Part shown: positions 9,571-17,429 of the stretch, piece after piece
How positions within the stretch are numbered: the first letter of the stretch is position 1
Layout of the letters: every line of letters starts with the position of its first letter
Assembly (NCBI RefSeq): GCF_000025505.1
Contig: NC_013849.1
Span: forward strand, 210,001 to 242,000
DNA from: Ferroglobus placidus DSM 10642
GTDB taxonomy: Archaea > Halobacteriota > Archaeoglobi > Archaeoglobales > Archaeoglobaceae
DNA: 32,000 bases
Direction: 5' to 3'
Notes under the pieces: model-generated
Told to the model about the DNA's origin: nothing
Database searches by the model: none
What the model saw: the letters and a program-made list of their open reading frames with translations, nothing else
Position numbers and translations under genes: made by a program

Positions 9571-11097
9571 ATGCTAAAACTGAAGCTCCGAAAAAAGGAA
9601 AAAGACGAAAAAGAAGTTCCTCAAGAAGTTGACGAAGTTCCTATAGACGTTAACTTTCCCGAAGGTTACGAGGTTGCAGAGGACTACTGGATAGAGGAGC
9701 CATACTCCAAAATCTTCATCTTATTCGATCCGAAGGAGGAGGAGTATTTATACTACGTCTCAACACCCGTTCTGAACGAATACGAGAAGTCGATATACTA
9801 CGTCGTCGAAGATCTAATTCCAGAATTCGTTTCCTCCGACACCGAAGATAAGGTTGGGTATTTGAGAAGCGTTTTCGAGGAAATTGTGAAAGACATAGGA
9901 TTCAAACTTTCGGAAATCTCAAAGGAGAAGATATTTTACTACTTAAAATGTGACTTCATAGAGTTCGGACCGATCACTCCTCTTATGAAGGATCGTCTGC
10001 TTGAGGATATAAGCTGTAACGGGTACGGCAAGCCTATTTATGTTTATCACCGCAACTATCAGAACTTGCGGACGAACGTTGTTTTTTCCGAGGACGAGCT
10101 CGACAGCTTCATAATCAAGCTTGCCCAGCAGTGCGGGAAGCACATAAGCATAGCTGAGCCTATGCTCGATGCTACTCTGCCAGACGGAAGCAGAATTCAG
10201 ATGACTCTGGGGAGAGAAGTAACTGACCACGGCTCGACGTTCACGATAAGAAAATTCAGAGACGTTCCTCTTACTCCTATAGACCTAATAGCTTGGAGAA
10301 CCTTCAGCTTGGAGGAAATGGCTTACCTCTGGCTGTGCATAGAAAACAAAAAGAACTTGATATTCGCCGGAGGAACTGCAAGCGGTAAAACGACGAGCAT
10401 GAACGCAATAAGCCTATTCATTCCGAAGAACGCTAAGATCGTGAGCATAGAAGATACGAGAGAAGTAATGCTCCCCCACGAAAACTGGATTCCGGCTGTG
10501 ACGAGAGAAGGTGTTGGAGGGAAAGAGATAGACATGTACGAGCTGCTCAGAGCAGCTCTGAGACAGAGACCTGAGTACATAATAGTCGGAGAAGTTAGAG
10601 GTAAGGAAGCTCTAACTCTGTTCCAGGCTATGTCAACCGGACACACAACCTATTCCACTTTGCATGCGGACAGCGTGAACGGAGTAATTCATCGATTGGA
10701 GAATCCGCCGATAAACGTGCCGAGGAGCATGATAGAAGCTCTCGACATAATAAGCATACAAGCTCAGGTTTACCTCGGAAATAAAAGAGTGAGAAGAAAT
10801 TTGGAAATAGCAGAAATAGTGGGAATGGACCCCCACACAAAGATAATAAAGACTACAACAGTCTTCGCTTGGGACAGCGAAAAAGACGAACACCTAATGA
10901 TCGGCTCCTCAAAAGTTCTCGAAGAAATAAGAAAAATGAGAGCTTGGAGCAGAAGAGAACTGGAAGAAGAACTCGAAACAAGAAAAAAAGTCCTGAAGTG
11001 GATGCTCGATAACAACATCAGAGACTACAAAGAAGTAGCTAAAATAATTCACTCGTATCAGAGCGATAAGGATAGCGTTTTGAGGATGATCTCATGA
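9571..11097 (+). CDS. Type II/IV secretion system (GspE/FlaI-type) ATPase
   Basis: GGTASGKTTSMNAISLFIP Walker A; IVSIEDTREVMLPHENW; LRQRPEYIIVGEVRGKEALTLFQAMSTGHTTYSTLHAD. Confidence 0.93.
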   Translation: MLKLKLRKKEKDEKEVPQEVDEVPIDVNFPEGYEVAEDYWIEEPYSKIFILFDPKEEEYLYYVSTPVLNEYEKSIYYVVEDLIPEFVSSDTEDKVGYLRSVFEEIVKDIGFKLSEISKEKIFYYLKCDFIEFGPITPLMKDRLLEDISCNGYGKPIYVYHRNYQNLRTNVVFSEDELDSFIIKLAQQCGKHISIAEPMLDATLPDGSRIQMTLGREVTDHGSTFTIRKFRDVPLTPIDLIAWRTFSLEEMAYLWLCIENKKNLIFAGGTASGKTTSMNAISLFIPKNAKIVSIEDTREVMLPHENWIPAVTREGVGGKEIDMYELLRAALRQRPEYIIVGEVRGKEALTLFQAMSTGHTTYSTLHADSVNGVIHRLENPPINVPRSMIEALDIISIQAQVYLGNKRVRRNLEIAEIVGMDPHTKIIKTTTVFAWDSEKDEHLMIGSSKVLEEIRKMRAWSRRELEEELETRKKVLKWMLDNNIRDYKEVAKIIHSYQSDKDSVLRMIS

Positions 11098-12995
11098 TAA
11101 AGAACGAAAACGAGTTCACGAGACTCGCTTACAGAATTTTCGGAGAAAGAGCGAAGAGGAATCTTACAAAGTACTACGAACTCGGAAGAGATCTGCAGAG
11201 AGCTATGATAAACGTTCCTCCGGAAGTTTACGTAGCTACTCAGATGCTCATTTCGGTTATTCTCGCTATAGTCGGGCTAATAATCGGGATAATAGCGGCG
11301 ATAATAGTTATAAACTTTGTCGAGATACCGAAATTCCAAATTTCATTCCCGGAGCCCATTCTCAGTTACTGGCTGAAGTACAGAAAATTTTTCTGGGCGA
11401 GTGTTCTCGCAGCTTTAATTACTCTCGCGATGTATTTCCTCGGAAAGTTCCTCTTCAAAATTTACCCCGGCTTCATCATTAGCGATAGAAAGAGCAAGAT
11501 AAACCGCCTTTTGCCCCACGCCGTTATGTTCATGTACTCCCTCTCAAGAGGCGGAATGGGCATAATCGACATATTCAAATCGATAGCCGCCTACGAAGAC
11601 GTGTACAGCGAAGTATCCAAGGAGTTTGCGAAAATCGTAAGAGATATAGAAATTCTGTCCAAAGATCTCAGAACGGCTTTAACCGAAGCTATAGAAAACA
11701 CCCCCTCAGAAAACCTCAAAGACTTGCTTCACGGGCTCATAACAGTCATTGACAGCGGTGGAGACGTAACGAGTTATTTGGAGGAGAGAGCCGAGTTCTA
11801 TCTTGAGAGAGCGAGACAAGAGCAGAAAAGCTTTCTCGACTTCCTTAGCCTGATGGCAGAAAGCTACATAACCGCATTCGTGGCTGGACCTCTTTTCTTA
11901 ATTATAATCCAGACGGTAATGGCTGTGATGGGGCAGGGAGATGAATTAATGCTCTACAGCATAATCTACCTAATAATTCCGATCGGTTCGTTCATGTTTG
12001 CGATGGTAATAAAGCTCATAAGTCCGATGGAGAGCGGCGCCCCACCGCTTATAAAGGAGAGACACAGAGTGAACAGGAACATTCTGCCGGAGATAGAGAA
12101 GAAAGTTAACTCGTGGAAGTTCAGGAGGGAGTACTTAAATCCGATAAGGCTTCTTAAGAAGTATCCAGAAGCGATACTCCTTTTCAGCGTTCCGGCGGGG
12201 ATGATTTTCGTTGTTCTCGGATTCCTGAACAATCCCTTTTATCCGAGCATCGACTGGTTCTTCAAGTTCGACGACTACCTTTTTGTCGCTTTAATAATAA
12301 TGCTCTCCCCCTACGCCGTATTCTACGAGATAAAAAAGAGGCAGCTGAACACGGCATTAAAGCTCACTCCAGTTTTCTTGAACAAGCTCGCATCAGCTAA
12401 CGAGAGTGGAATGCCCATTCACAAGGCTATAGCTATGATCGCAAAGACGGAAACGAGCGCTTTGAAGAAAGAAATAGAGAAAATCAAGCTCGACCTCGAC
12501 TGGAAGATAAGCTTGGAGGACGCTTTAATTAGGTTCGCTAACAGAATAAGAGTTTTCGAATTGACGAGGACTATAACCCTTCTCGTAGAAGCTTTAAGAT
12601 CAACCGGTAACGTAACGGAAGTTTTGAGAATCTCAGCGAAGGATGCGAGTAACGCGGAGCTGCTGAGAAGGGAAAGACTCGGAAACATGTTCATGTACGT
12701 CATAATCATTTACATATCCTTCTTCGTGTTCATAGGCATAGTTTACATAATCTCCACGACTTTCCTTTCAGTTCTTGCGGAAAGCACCGCTAAAATGCCC
12801 CAAGGTGGTTTCATGGGTTTGGCTTCGATAAGCGAGGAGTTTTACAGAAACGTGTTCATGCATGCGGCAGTTTTCCAAGGAATTTTTGCCGGACTCGTTG
12901 CCGGAGTTATGGGAGAGGGAAGCTTCTCCTCGGGAATAAAGCACTCGGTGGTTATGCTAACCTTCGGCTACGTCCTTTTCACCCTCTTTATCTAA
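11094..12995 (+). CDS. Type II secretion F / TadC/FlaJ-type membrane platform protein
   Basis: ATGA overlap with the ATPase gene; multiple TM segments; HAVMFMYSLSRGGMGIIDIFKSIA and FLNKLASANESGMPIHKAI are T2SSF-like repeats. Confidence 0.9.
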   Translation: MIKNENEFTRLAYRIFGERAKRNLTKYYELGRDLQRAMINVPPEVYVATQMLISVILAIVGLIIGIIAAIIVINFVEIPKFQISFPEPILSYWLKYRKFFWASVLAALITLAMYFLGKFLFKIYPGFIISDRKSKINRLLPHAVMFMYSLSRGGMGIIDIFKSIAAYEDVYSEVSKEFAKIVRDIEILSKDLRTALTEAIENTPSENLKDLLHGLITVIDSGGDVTSYLEERAEFYLERARQEQKSFLDFLSLMAESYITAFVAGPLFLIIIQTVMAVMGQGDELMLYSIIYLIIPIGSFMFAMVIKLISPMESGAPPLIKERHRVNRNILPEIEKKVNSWKFRREYLNPIRLLKKYPEAILLFSVPAGMIFVVLGFLNNPFYPSIDWFFKFDDYLFVALIIMLSPYAVFYEIKKRQLNTALKLTPVFLNKLASANESGMPIHKAIAMIAKTETSALKKEIEKIKLDLDWKISLEDALIRFANRIRVFELTRTITLLVEALRSTGNVTEVLRISAKDASNAELLRRERLGNMFMYVIIIYISFFVFIGIVYIISTTFLSVLAESTAKMPQGGFMGLASISEEFYRNVFMHAAVFQGIFAGLVAGVMGEGSFSSGIKHSVVMLTFGYVLFTLFI

Positions 12996-13775
12996 AGTCG
13001 AGACGAAGGATGCGAGGAGGATGATCGCAGCTCCGACCAACTGTCTAGAATTCAGAACTTCCCCAAAAATCGAGTAACCTATGAAAGACGCGACAACTGG
13101 CTCTATCAGAGCTATAACTGCACCCCTCTCTTCTTTGACGAACCTCATTCCGTAGCTCAGCAAAACGAAAGGAATTGCGGTGGGAATTAAGCCGAGAAAT
13201 ACGTAAATAAGTTTGAAGCCGTGAACGTTAAGGGAAAATGGAGAAAGCAAAACCGCTCCAACAAGAAGGTTCGAGAACGTTATCTGCAAAGAAGAGTAAT
13301 CTTTCCTAAGTTTTCTGAGATAAGCAAAGAGAAGAGCGTAGAACAAACCGGAAAGGAATCCGAAAATTACGCCGACGTTAGCTTCTCCGAAAGGGTAGAG
13401 CATTAGAAAAAGCCCGGATACCCCTAAAAAAGTAACGGAGAGAGAAATCAAAGAAATCTCTCCTCTCAAAAGTTTGTAAGCCGAAATGTAAACGGGAGCC
13501 ATGTAAAGGAGCAAAGCCGCAAAGGCTGCGTAGAGCATGGAAATTGCTGAGATGTAGAAAGCGACGACTCCGGTGTTAATCACTCCAAGCAAAAAAAGCC
13601 TCTTCGAGATTTTCGGCTTTTCTCTGAGAATAAGCATGAAAAAAGAGACGAAGATCAACCCGAAGAAAACTCTGAGAAATGTTATGGAAAAGGGGTGCAA
13701 CTCGATATTTTTCACGAAGTAAGGAAGCGTTCCCATCAGAATTGCAGAGATAAGCACGGCCAAACCGCCTTTCAC
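12957..13775 (-). CDS. EamA/DMT-superfamily transporter
   Basis: About 10 TM segments, duplicated EamA-like halves (GVINTGVVAFYISAISMLYAAFAALLLYMAPVYIS; GLIPTAIPFVLLSYGMRFVKEERGAVIALIEPVVAS). Confidence 0.85.
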   Translation of the reverse strand: MKGGLAVLISAILMGTLPYFVKNIELHPFSITFLRVFFGLIFVSFFMLILREKPKISKRLFLLGVINTGVVAFYISAISMLYAAFAALLLYMAPVYISAYKLLRGEISLISLSVTFLGVSGLFLMLYPFGEANVGVIFGFLSGLFYALLFAYLRKLRKDYSSLQITFSNLLVGAVLLSPFSLNVHGFKLIYVFLGLIPTAIPFVLLSYGMRFVKEERGAVIALIEPVVASFIGYSIFGEVLNSRQLVGAAIILLASFVSTLDKEGEKDVAEG

Positions 13776-13809
13776 GAAGCGTTGTAAGAAGGAAGGTATT
13801 AAAATGTTT

Positions 13810-14120
13810 GGTGGGCGCGCCTCCGGTCGACCCTTCCGGGCGGAGCTATCCGCTCCTCGGACTCTCCTCTCCGCACCCCCGAAAGCGCCGAACGTCCGGG
13901 GTTAGCCTGCTCCCTTCCGGGCCTGGGCCGGTCCCCCCGGCAAACACGGCGGACATCCCCTCCGGGAAGCCCAGCCGTGACCGCCGGCCCTTCGGGACGG
14001 AGATTCTGCAAGCCCGAGGAGCTCTTCACCCCGCCCTTCCGGGCCTTCCTTCGGCTTCGGCCCCCGCATGACGACGGTTTCGGGTTACAGGGGACGCCGA
14101 ACCCCCCGGCCTAGCCCACC
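13810..14120 (-). ncRNA. ffs: Archaeal signal recognition particle (7S) RNA
   Basis: About 311-nt G+C-rich block in an otherwise moderate-GC window. Minus-strand 5' GGTGGGC pairs with 3' GCCCACC, giving closed termini (helix 1). Contains CAGGCCCGGAAGGGAGCAGGC, the SRP helix 8 / SRP54-binding signature. TATA-like AATATACTTT lies just upstream. Confidence 0.92.
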
Positions 14121-14159
14121 ATAATATAGTGCGCGACAAAGTATATTAATGTTTGCTCT

Positions 14160-14453
14160 CTAAAATTTCGTCTTCTTTTTCACTATTTCCGCCAAAACTC
14201 TGCCCTCGTCGGTCAAACTTATTTTATCTCCAACTGTAATGCACGAAGCTTTTTCGAGGGTGTCGAGATGAAATTTGAGAAGCTTTTCGTCAATCTTAAG
14301 CTCCTTTTTCAATTCCTCTAAACTCTTTTCACTTTCATTAAGCAGAGCGAGAATTCTCCTCCTTATCGAATTCGATATAGCCATCTTAAACCTCTTCCTG
14401 TACTCCTCAGCTTCTTCAGTCGATTTTGCCGAAATCCATTCCTCGAACTTCAC
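14160..14453 (-). CDS. Winged helix-turn-helix transcriptional regulator (ArsR-like)
   Basis: ISNSIRRRILALLNESEKSLEELKKELKIDEKLLKFHLDTLEKASCITVGDKISLTDEGRVLAE. Confidence 0.75.
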   Translation of the reverse strand: MKFEEWISAKSTEEAEEYRKRFKMAISNSIRRRILALLNESEKSLEELKKELKIDEKLLKFHLDTLEKASCITVGDKISLTDEGRVLAEIVKKKTKF

Positions 14454-14490
14454 ATAGAAATTTTAGAAAAGCGGTACCAAAACGTTATCC

Positions 14491-15207
14491 CTAAAATTTT
14501 CGTCTTCTTTTCGAAAAAATTTTAACGACCGCAAAAAGAGGTGAAAGAAACACTATAATGGCTGCAAACATTTTCACGGCTGTGTATAGAAATTCAACGA
14601 TTTTTCCCCTCAAGACGTAGTCCGCCAGCATGAAAGCAAAAGTAACGTAAGAGAGAATTATTAAAATTACGTACGTAGCCAAATTCGCTTTTTTGTCGCT
14701 TGCAAATTCCTCTCTGCTCAACGAAGAGGAATAAGCAATTAGTTCCGGGATATCTCTCCAGCTGTAATTGTTTTTTCTTAGGAGAACGGTGATGAAAAAT
14801 GCCACAATCGTAAGCAAAACGAGTTCCGCCATTAAAAGCTCCGGAAACTTATTTTCAATTGAGTATTCGCTCGATCTCCTGAACAAAATAACAGACCACA
14901 CGCCGACTACCAGTACAAGAAAAAGTAAAGTGTAAACGATTCCAAAATACTTTCTCGCCTCGGAACCCCTCAAATCCTTCCAGCTGTAACCGTAACGGTA
15001 GGCTAAAATTAACGCAAATATCCAAGGGAAGAAAACATAAGTAGCCGTTATCAGAATGAATTTCCCGACAGCCAGAAAAACTTCTAAATCGAACTTATCT
15101 TTAGGAGAATCGGGTCTGCTAACTTCAAGAACGTAGTTAAAGACGAAAGGGTACGTAAGAGAAAAGATTAACGAAACAACGAGAACTTTTCTGAATAGTC
15201 GCTCCAT
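14491..15207 (-). CDS. Uncharacterised multi-TM membrane protein
   Basis: Several hydrophobic segments. Start placed at ATG 15207 (MERLFRKVLVVSLIFSL) because the upstream part of the ORF runs into the tRNA-derived repeat. Confidence 0.6.
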   Translation of the reverse strand: MERLFRKVLVVSLIFSLTYPFVFNYVLEVSRPDSPKDKFDLEVFLAVGKFILITATYVFFPWIFALILAYRYGYSWKDLRGSEARKYFGIVYTLLFLVLVVGVWSVILFRRSSEYSIENKFPELLMAELVLLTIVAFFITVLLRKNNYSWRDIPELIAYSSSLSREEFASDKKANLATYVILIILSYVTFAFMLADYVLRGKIVEFLYTAVKMFAAIIVFLSPLFAVVKIFSKRRRKF

Positions 15208-15230
15208 ACTTCTACTTCGAATTTTTACTC

Positions 15231-15467
15231 TTAAATTTTTTCGAAAGAATTTGTGACGAGAGAATTTCGACGAACGAGCCATGCGGGGGGAGGGATTTGA
15301 ACCCTCGAACCCCTACGGGACGGGACCCTGAATCCCTCAGAGTTTAATTTTTCTTCATTCTGAATGCTTTTTATGGCTTCTTCTAAGAGTTGGGAGAGCT
15401 TTATCTTATTCTGTTTCGCCCACTCCAGTAATTCAGCGTCGATATACGCACTCGTTCTTTTCTTCAT
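15231..15467 (-). CDS. SSV-type integrase, N-terminal fragment int(N), reading through the att repeat into flanking DNA
   Basis: MKKRTSAYIDAELLEWAKQNKIKLSQLLEEAIKSIQNEEKLNSE-GFRVPSRRGSRVQIPPPA-...; the GFRVPSRRGSRVQIPPPA segment is identical and in frame with the start of int(C) at the other end. SD-like GGAGTGAT and TATA-like TTTATATAAAT upstream of ATG 15467. Confidence 0.8.
   Translation of the reverse strand: MKKRTSAYIDAELLEWAKQNKIKLSQLLEEAIKSIQNEEKLNSEGFRVPSRRGSRVQIPPPAWLVRRNSLVTNSFEKI
15280..15336 (-). repeat. att repeat copy 1 (3' part of tRNA-Leu, truncated)
   Basis: Identical to 17906..17962 over 57 bp; minus strand GGGATTCAGGGTCCCGTCCCGTAGGGGTTCGAGGGTTCAAATCCCTCCCCCCGCATG. No tRNA 5' half adjoins it. 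Confidence 0.93.
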
Positions 15468-15662
15468 TTTATCACTCCAATTAAATTTATATAAAGTTAT
15501 GAAGTTAAGCGGTAATCCCAATTAACCTTAAAATTGTCGTCGACAATGATAAGCAGAGCGATTCTAATCTAAATAGCAAACTACTTTAAGAAAGTCAATC
15601 TCACCGATCGCTGGTAAAAAAATCAAATAAAAATTAAAAGCAAAAAATTAACGGCTTAGAAC

Positions 15663-15938
15663 TCACTCCCAACGCTCAAGAACACTCCGAAGAGTTTCTA
15701 TATCATTTCTGGCAATCAAATCGAGAATTATCGAGGTTTTTCGAATGTAATAGCTAATTTCTGCCAAGATGCAAAGCTGTAAATTCTCCCTGCAGTTCGG
15801 AGCTTCATACTGGCATGACTTGCAGACTCCGTTCAAGAAAGAATTGATTCCTCTTGGTTTTCTCTCCGATGTTTCTTGCTTCATTTCAAACTCCCCAAGT
15901 TCTAACATGTAACACAAATCGCTTCCAGAAAAACTCAT
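15663..15938 (-). CDS. Uncharacterised Cys-containing small protein (91 aa)
   Basis: MSFSGSDLCYMLELGEFEMKQETSERKPRGINSFLNGVCKSCQYEAPNCRENLQLCILAEISYY...; ATG 15938..15936 overlaps the TGA of the upstream gene (ATGA). Confidence 0.6.
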   Translation of the reverse strand: MSFSGSDLCYMLELGEFEMKQETSERKPRGINSFLNGVCKSCQYEAPNCRENLQLCILAEISYYIRKTSIILDLIARNDIETLRSVLERWE

Positions 15939-16408
15939 TTGATTGTTTTCAACATTCTTTTGATTCTTCCTCTCCATCTTTCGACGATCCCTCTAACATC
16001 GTGCTTAACCGGCATTTTACTCGTCCCATATATCAGGTATTTGGCATACTCCACATTGTTGCTGATTGCATACTTCAGTTTTCCAAGCTTCGTTGAAACC
16101 CACGCAGCTCTGTATCTTCCAGTTCTCACCGGAGCGGTAGCTTTTATCTCTCCTTCGAGTTCGAAAACAGCCATCTGTAGCTTCTTATCGACCTTATCTG
16201 GGAGTGACTTTTTGAGATCCTCCAGATTTTTGATTGTTCTATCAAGCCCTTCGATTCTGATAGAAATTCCCAGAGATGTTCTCGATCCAGCTACTGGAAC
16301 CGATCCAGATGTACCAACTCGTGTAGAAGTCCTCCCTCTCGCTTTAAGTCTTCTCGCTGTACTCAACCCGATGCGTCTCCCCACCCTTCGTACCCACATC
16401 GAACACAT
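15935..16408 (-). CDS. HK97-gp10-like viral tail/neck component (putative)
   Basis: GISIRIEGLDRTIKNLEDLKKSLPDKVDKKLQMAVFELEGEIKATAPVRTGRYRAAWVSTKL...ISNNVEYAKYLIYGTSKMPVKHDVRGIVERW follows the gp10 pattern (APVRTGRxRxxW ... VEYAxYxxxGT). Confidence 0.68.
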   Translation of the reverse strand: MCSMWVRRVGRRIGLSTARRLKARGRTSTRVGTSGSVPVAGSRTSLGISIRIEGLDRTIKNLEDLKKSLPDKVDKKLQMAVFELEGEIKATAPVRTGRYRAAWVSTKLGKLKYAISNNVEYAKYLIYGTSKMPVKHDVRGIVERWRGRIKRMLKTIK

Positions 16409-16507
16409 TTCGCAGGCATTTTCAACACCTCTTTAATCTCTTTATTTTCTTTACATTCTTTACTATGAAACGTAAAGTATTTAAAATTTTCGTTACTTAC
16501 TTTACTT

Positions 16508-16663
16508 ATGGAAAGCGATGAAAGAATCCTTGATGTTGCCACGCTGAGTTCAAAATACCAGATAACTATAACAAAAGCGATTCGAGAGAAGCTTGGACTT
16601 ACGGCAGGGGATAGAGTCGTGTTTGTTGAGAAAGATGGCGAAATCATCCTGAGAAAAGCATGA
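16508..16663 (+). CDS. AbrB/MazE/SpoVT-type swapped-hairpin antitoxin-like protein (51 aa)
   Basis: Manual translation, not in the ORF track: MESDERILDVATLSSKYQITITKAIREKLGLTAGDRVVFVEKDGEIILRKA; typical AbrB domain. Confidence 0.85.
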   Translation: MESDERILDVATLSSKYQITITKAIREKLGLTAGDRVVFVEKDGEIILRKA

Positions 16664-16926
16664 AGTTCACAAATCACATAAGAGAACGAATGCTGGAATA
16701 CAATATCTCAGAGCAGGAGGTCTTAGAAGCCATCAAAGAGCCTGACAGCCTCTACCTTGATGTCCTGACTGGCCGCTTTGTGGCGGTTAAGAAAACTGGA
16801 AGCAAAGCCATTGTTGCGGTGTTTGAAAAGAACGATGAAACCACATTGATCACCGTATTCCCGACCAGCAAGATTAATAAGGTGGTTGAGAGTAGAATTA
16901 GGAGTGGAAGGTGGATCGAGATATGA
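16660..16926 (+). CDS. DUF4258-like small protein (putative toxin)
   Basis: KFTNHIRERMLEYNISEQEVLEAIKEPDSLYLDVLTGRFVAVKKTGSKAIVAVFEKNDETTLITVFPTSK; starts in an ATGA overlap with the AbrB-like gene. Confidence 0.7.
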   Translation: MKFTNHIRERMLEYNISEQEVLEAIKEPDSLYLDVLTGRFVAVKKTGSKAIVAVFEKNDETTLITVFPTSKINKVVESRIRSGRWIEI

Positions 16927-17135
16927 TGGTTAAATATGATAGAGAGGCCGACATTCTGTATCTGAAATTTTCAGACACGAAACCGGTAGATTCGGACATG
17001 CTGAATGACGATGTAGTTGTCTCCTTCGATGAGAACGGCGAGATTGTAGGTATGGAAATCTGGAGGGCTAAGGAGCTGATTCTGCCCGCTTTCCTGCAGT
17101 ATCTGAAAGAAATGCGGGAGGTTGTTAAGAGGTAG
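16926..17135 (+). CDS. DUF2283-family small protein
   Basis: VKYDREADILYLKFSDTKPVDSDMLNDDVVVSFDENGEIVGMEIWRA; start shares the A of the upstream TGA (TGATG). Confidence 0.8.
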   Translation: MVKYDREADILYLKFSDTKPVDSDMLNDDVVVSFDENGEIVGMEIWRAKELILPAFLQYLKEMREVVKR

Positions 17136-17138
17136 TTT

Positions 17139-17429
17139 TCATTTCAGAATCCTGAAGTCCTTCCAATACCTCTCATAGATCTTCTTCAACTCTTCTTCAT
17201 CCTGAAAGTCATAGTGATTCAAGTCCACATCGCCCCTCAGCGAATGACCCATGAGGATCTTTTTCACGGCGGTTGGCATACCCAACCTGTCGCTCTGCTG
17301 TGAGAAGAACTTACGCATGTGCTTGAGCCTGAGTTTTGAATTCAACTTACTGAAATGATAATGGATCGACTTCTTCGAGAAAAGCCGTTTCGGTTTCGTG
17401 CTGAGGTACTCGATTAAAGCTTCTTTAGC
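17139..17429 (-). pseudogene. Distal catalytic part of integrase int(C), frameshifted relative to the proximal part
   Basis: Open frame from 17429: AKEALIEYLSTKPKRLFSKKSIHYHFSKLNSKLRLKHMRKFFSQQSDRLGMPTAVKKILMGHSLRGDVDLNHYDFQDEEELKKIYERYWK, with HxxR, GHS and the Tyr region. Confidence 0.8.

Noticed and set aside
13799-14071. Two overlapping GC-rich ORFs (76 and 87 aa)
   Set aside because: They lie inside the SRP RNA gene, show low-complexity Pro/Arg/Gly composition typical of translated structured RNA, and have no coding signals.
15208-15282. N-terminal extension of the membrane protein ORF (MARSSKFSRHKFFRKNLRVKIRSRS)
   Set aside because: It begins at the edge of the att repeat and is intergenic; ATG 15207 with a hydrophobic N-terminus is the better start.
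15280-15336. A second tRNA-Leu gene
   Set aside because: Only the 3' part (anticodon stem-loop to 3' end) is present, with no 5' acceptor or D-arm; it is an att remnant.
15854-16436. Plus-strand ORFs 15854..16096 and 15939..16436
   Set aside because: Antisense to the gp10-like/Cys-rich gene pair; Ser/Leu/Pro-rich composition typical of antisense frames and no recognisable domain.
16363-16677. Minus-strand 104-aa ORF
   Set aside because: Most of it is antisense to the clearly coding AbrB-like gene. Only the terminal MPAKCVRCGYEGWGDASG segment has a plausible SD and start; treated separately as a low-confidence micro-ORF.
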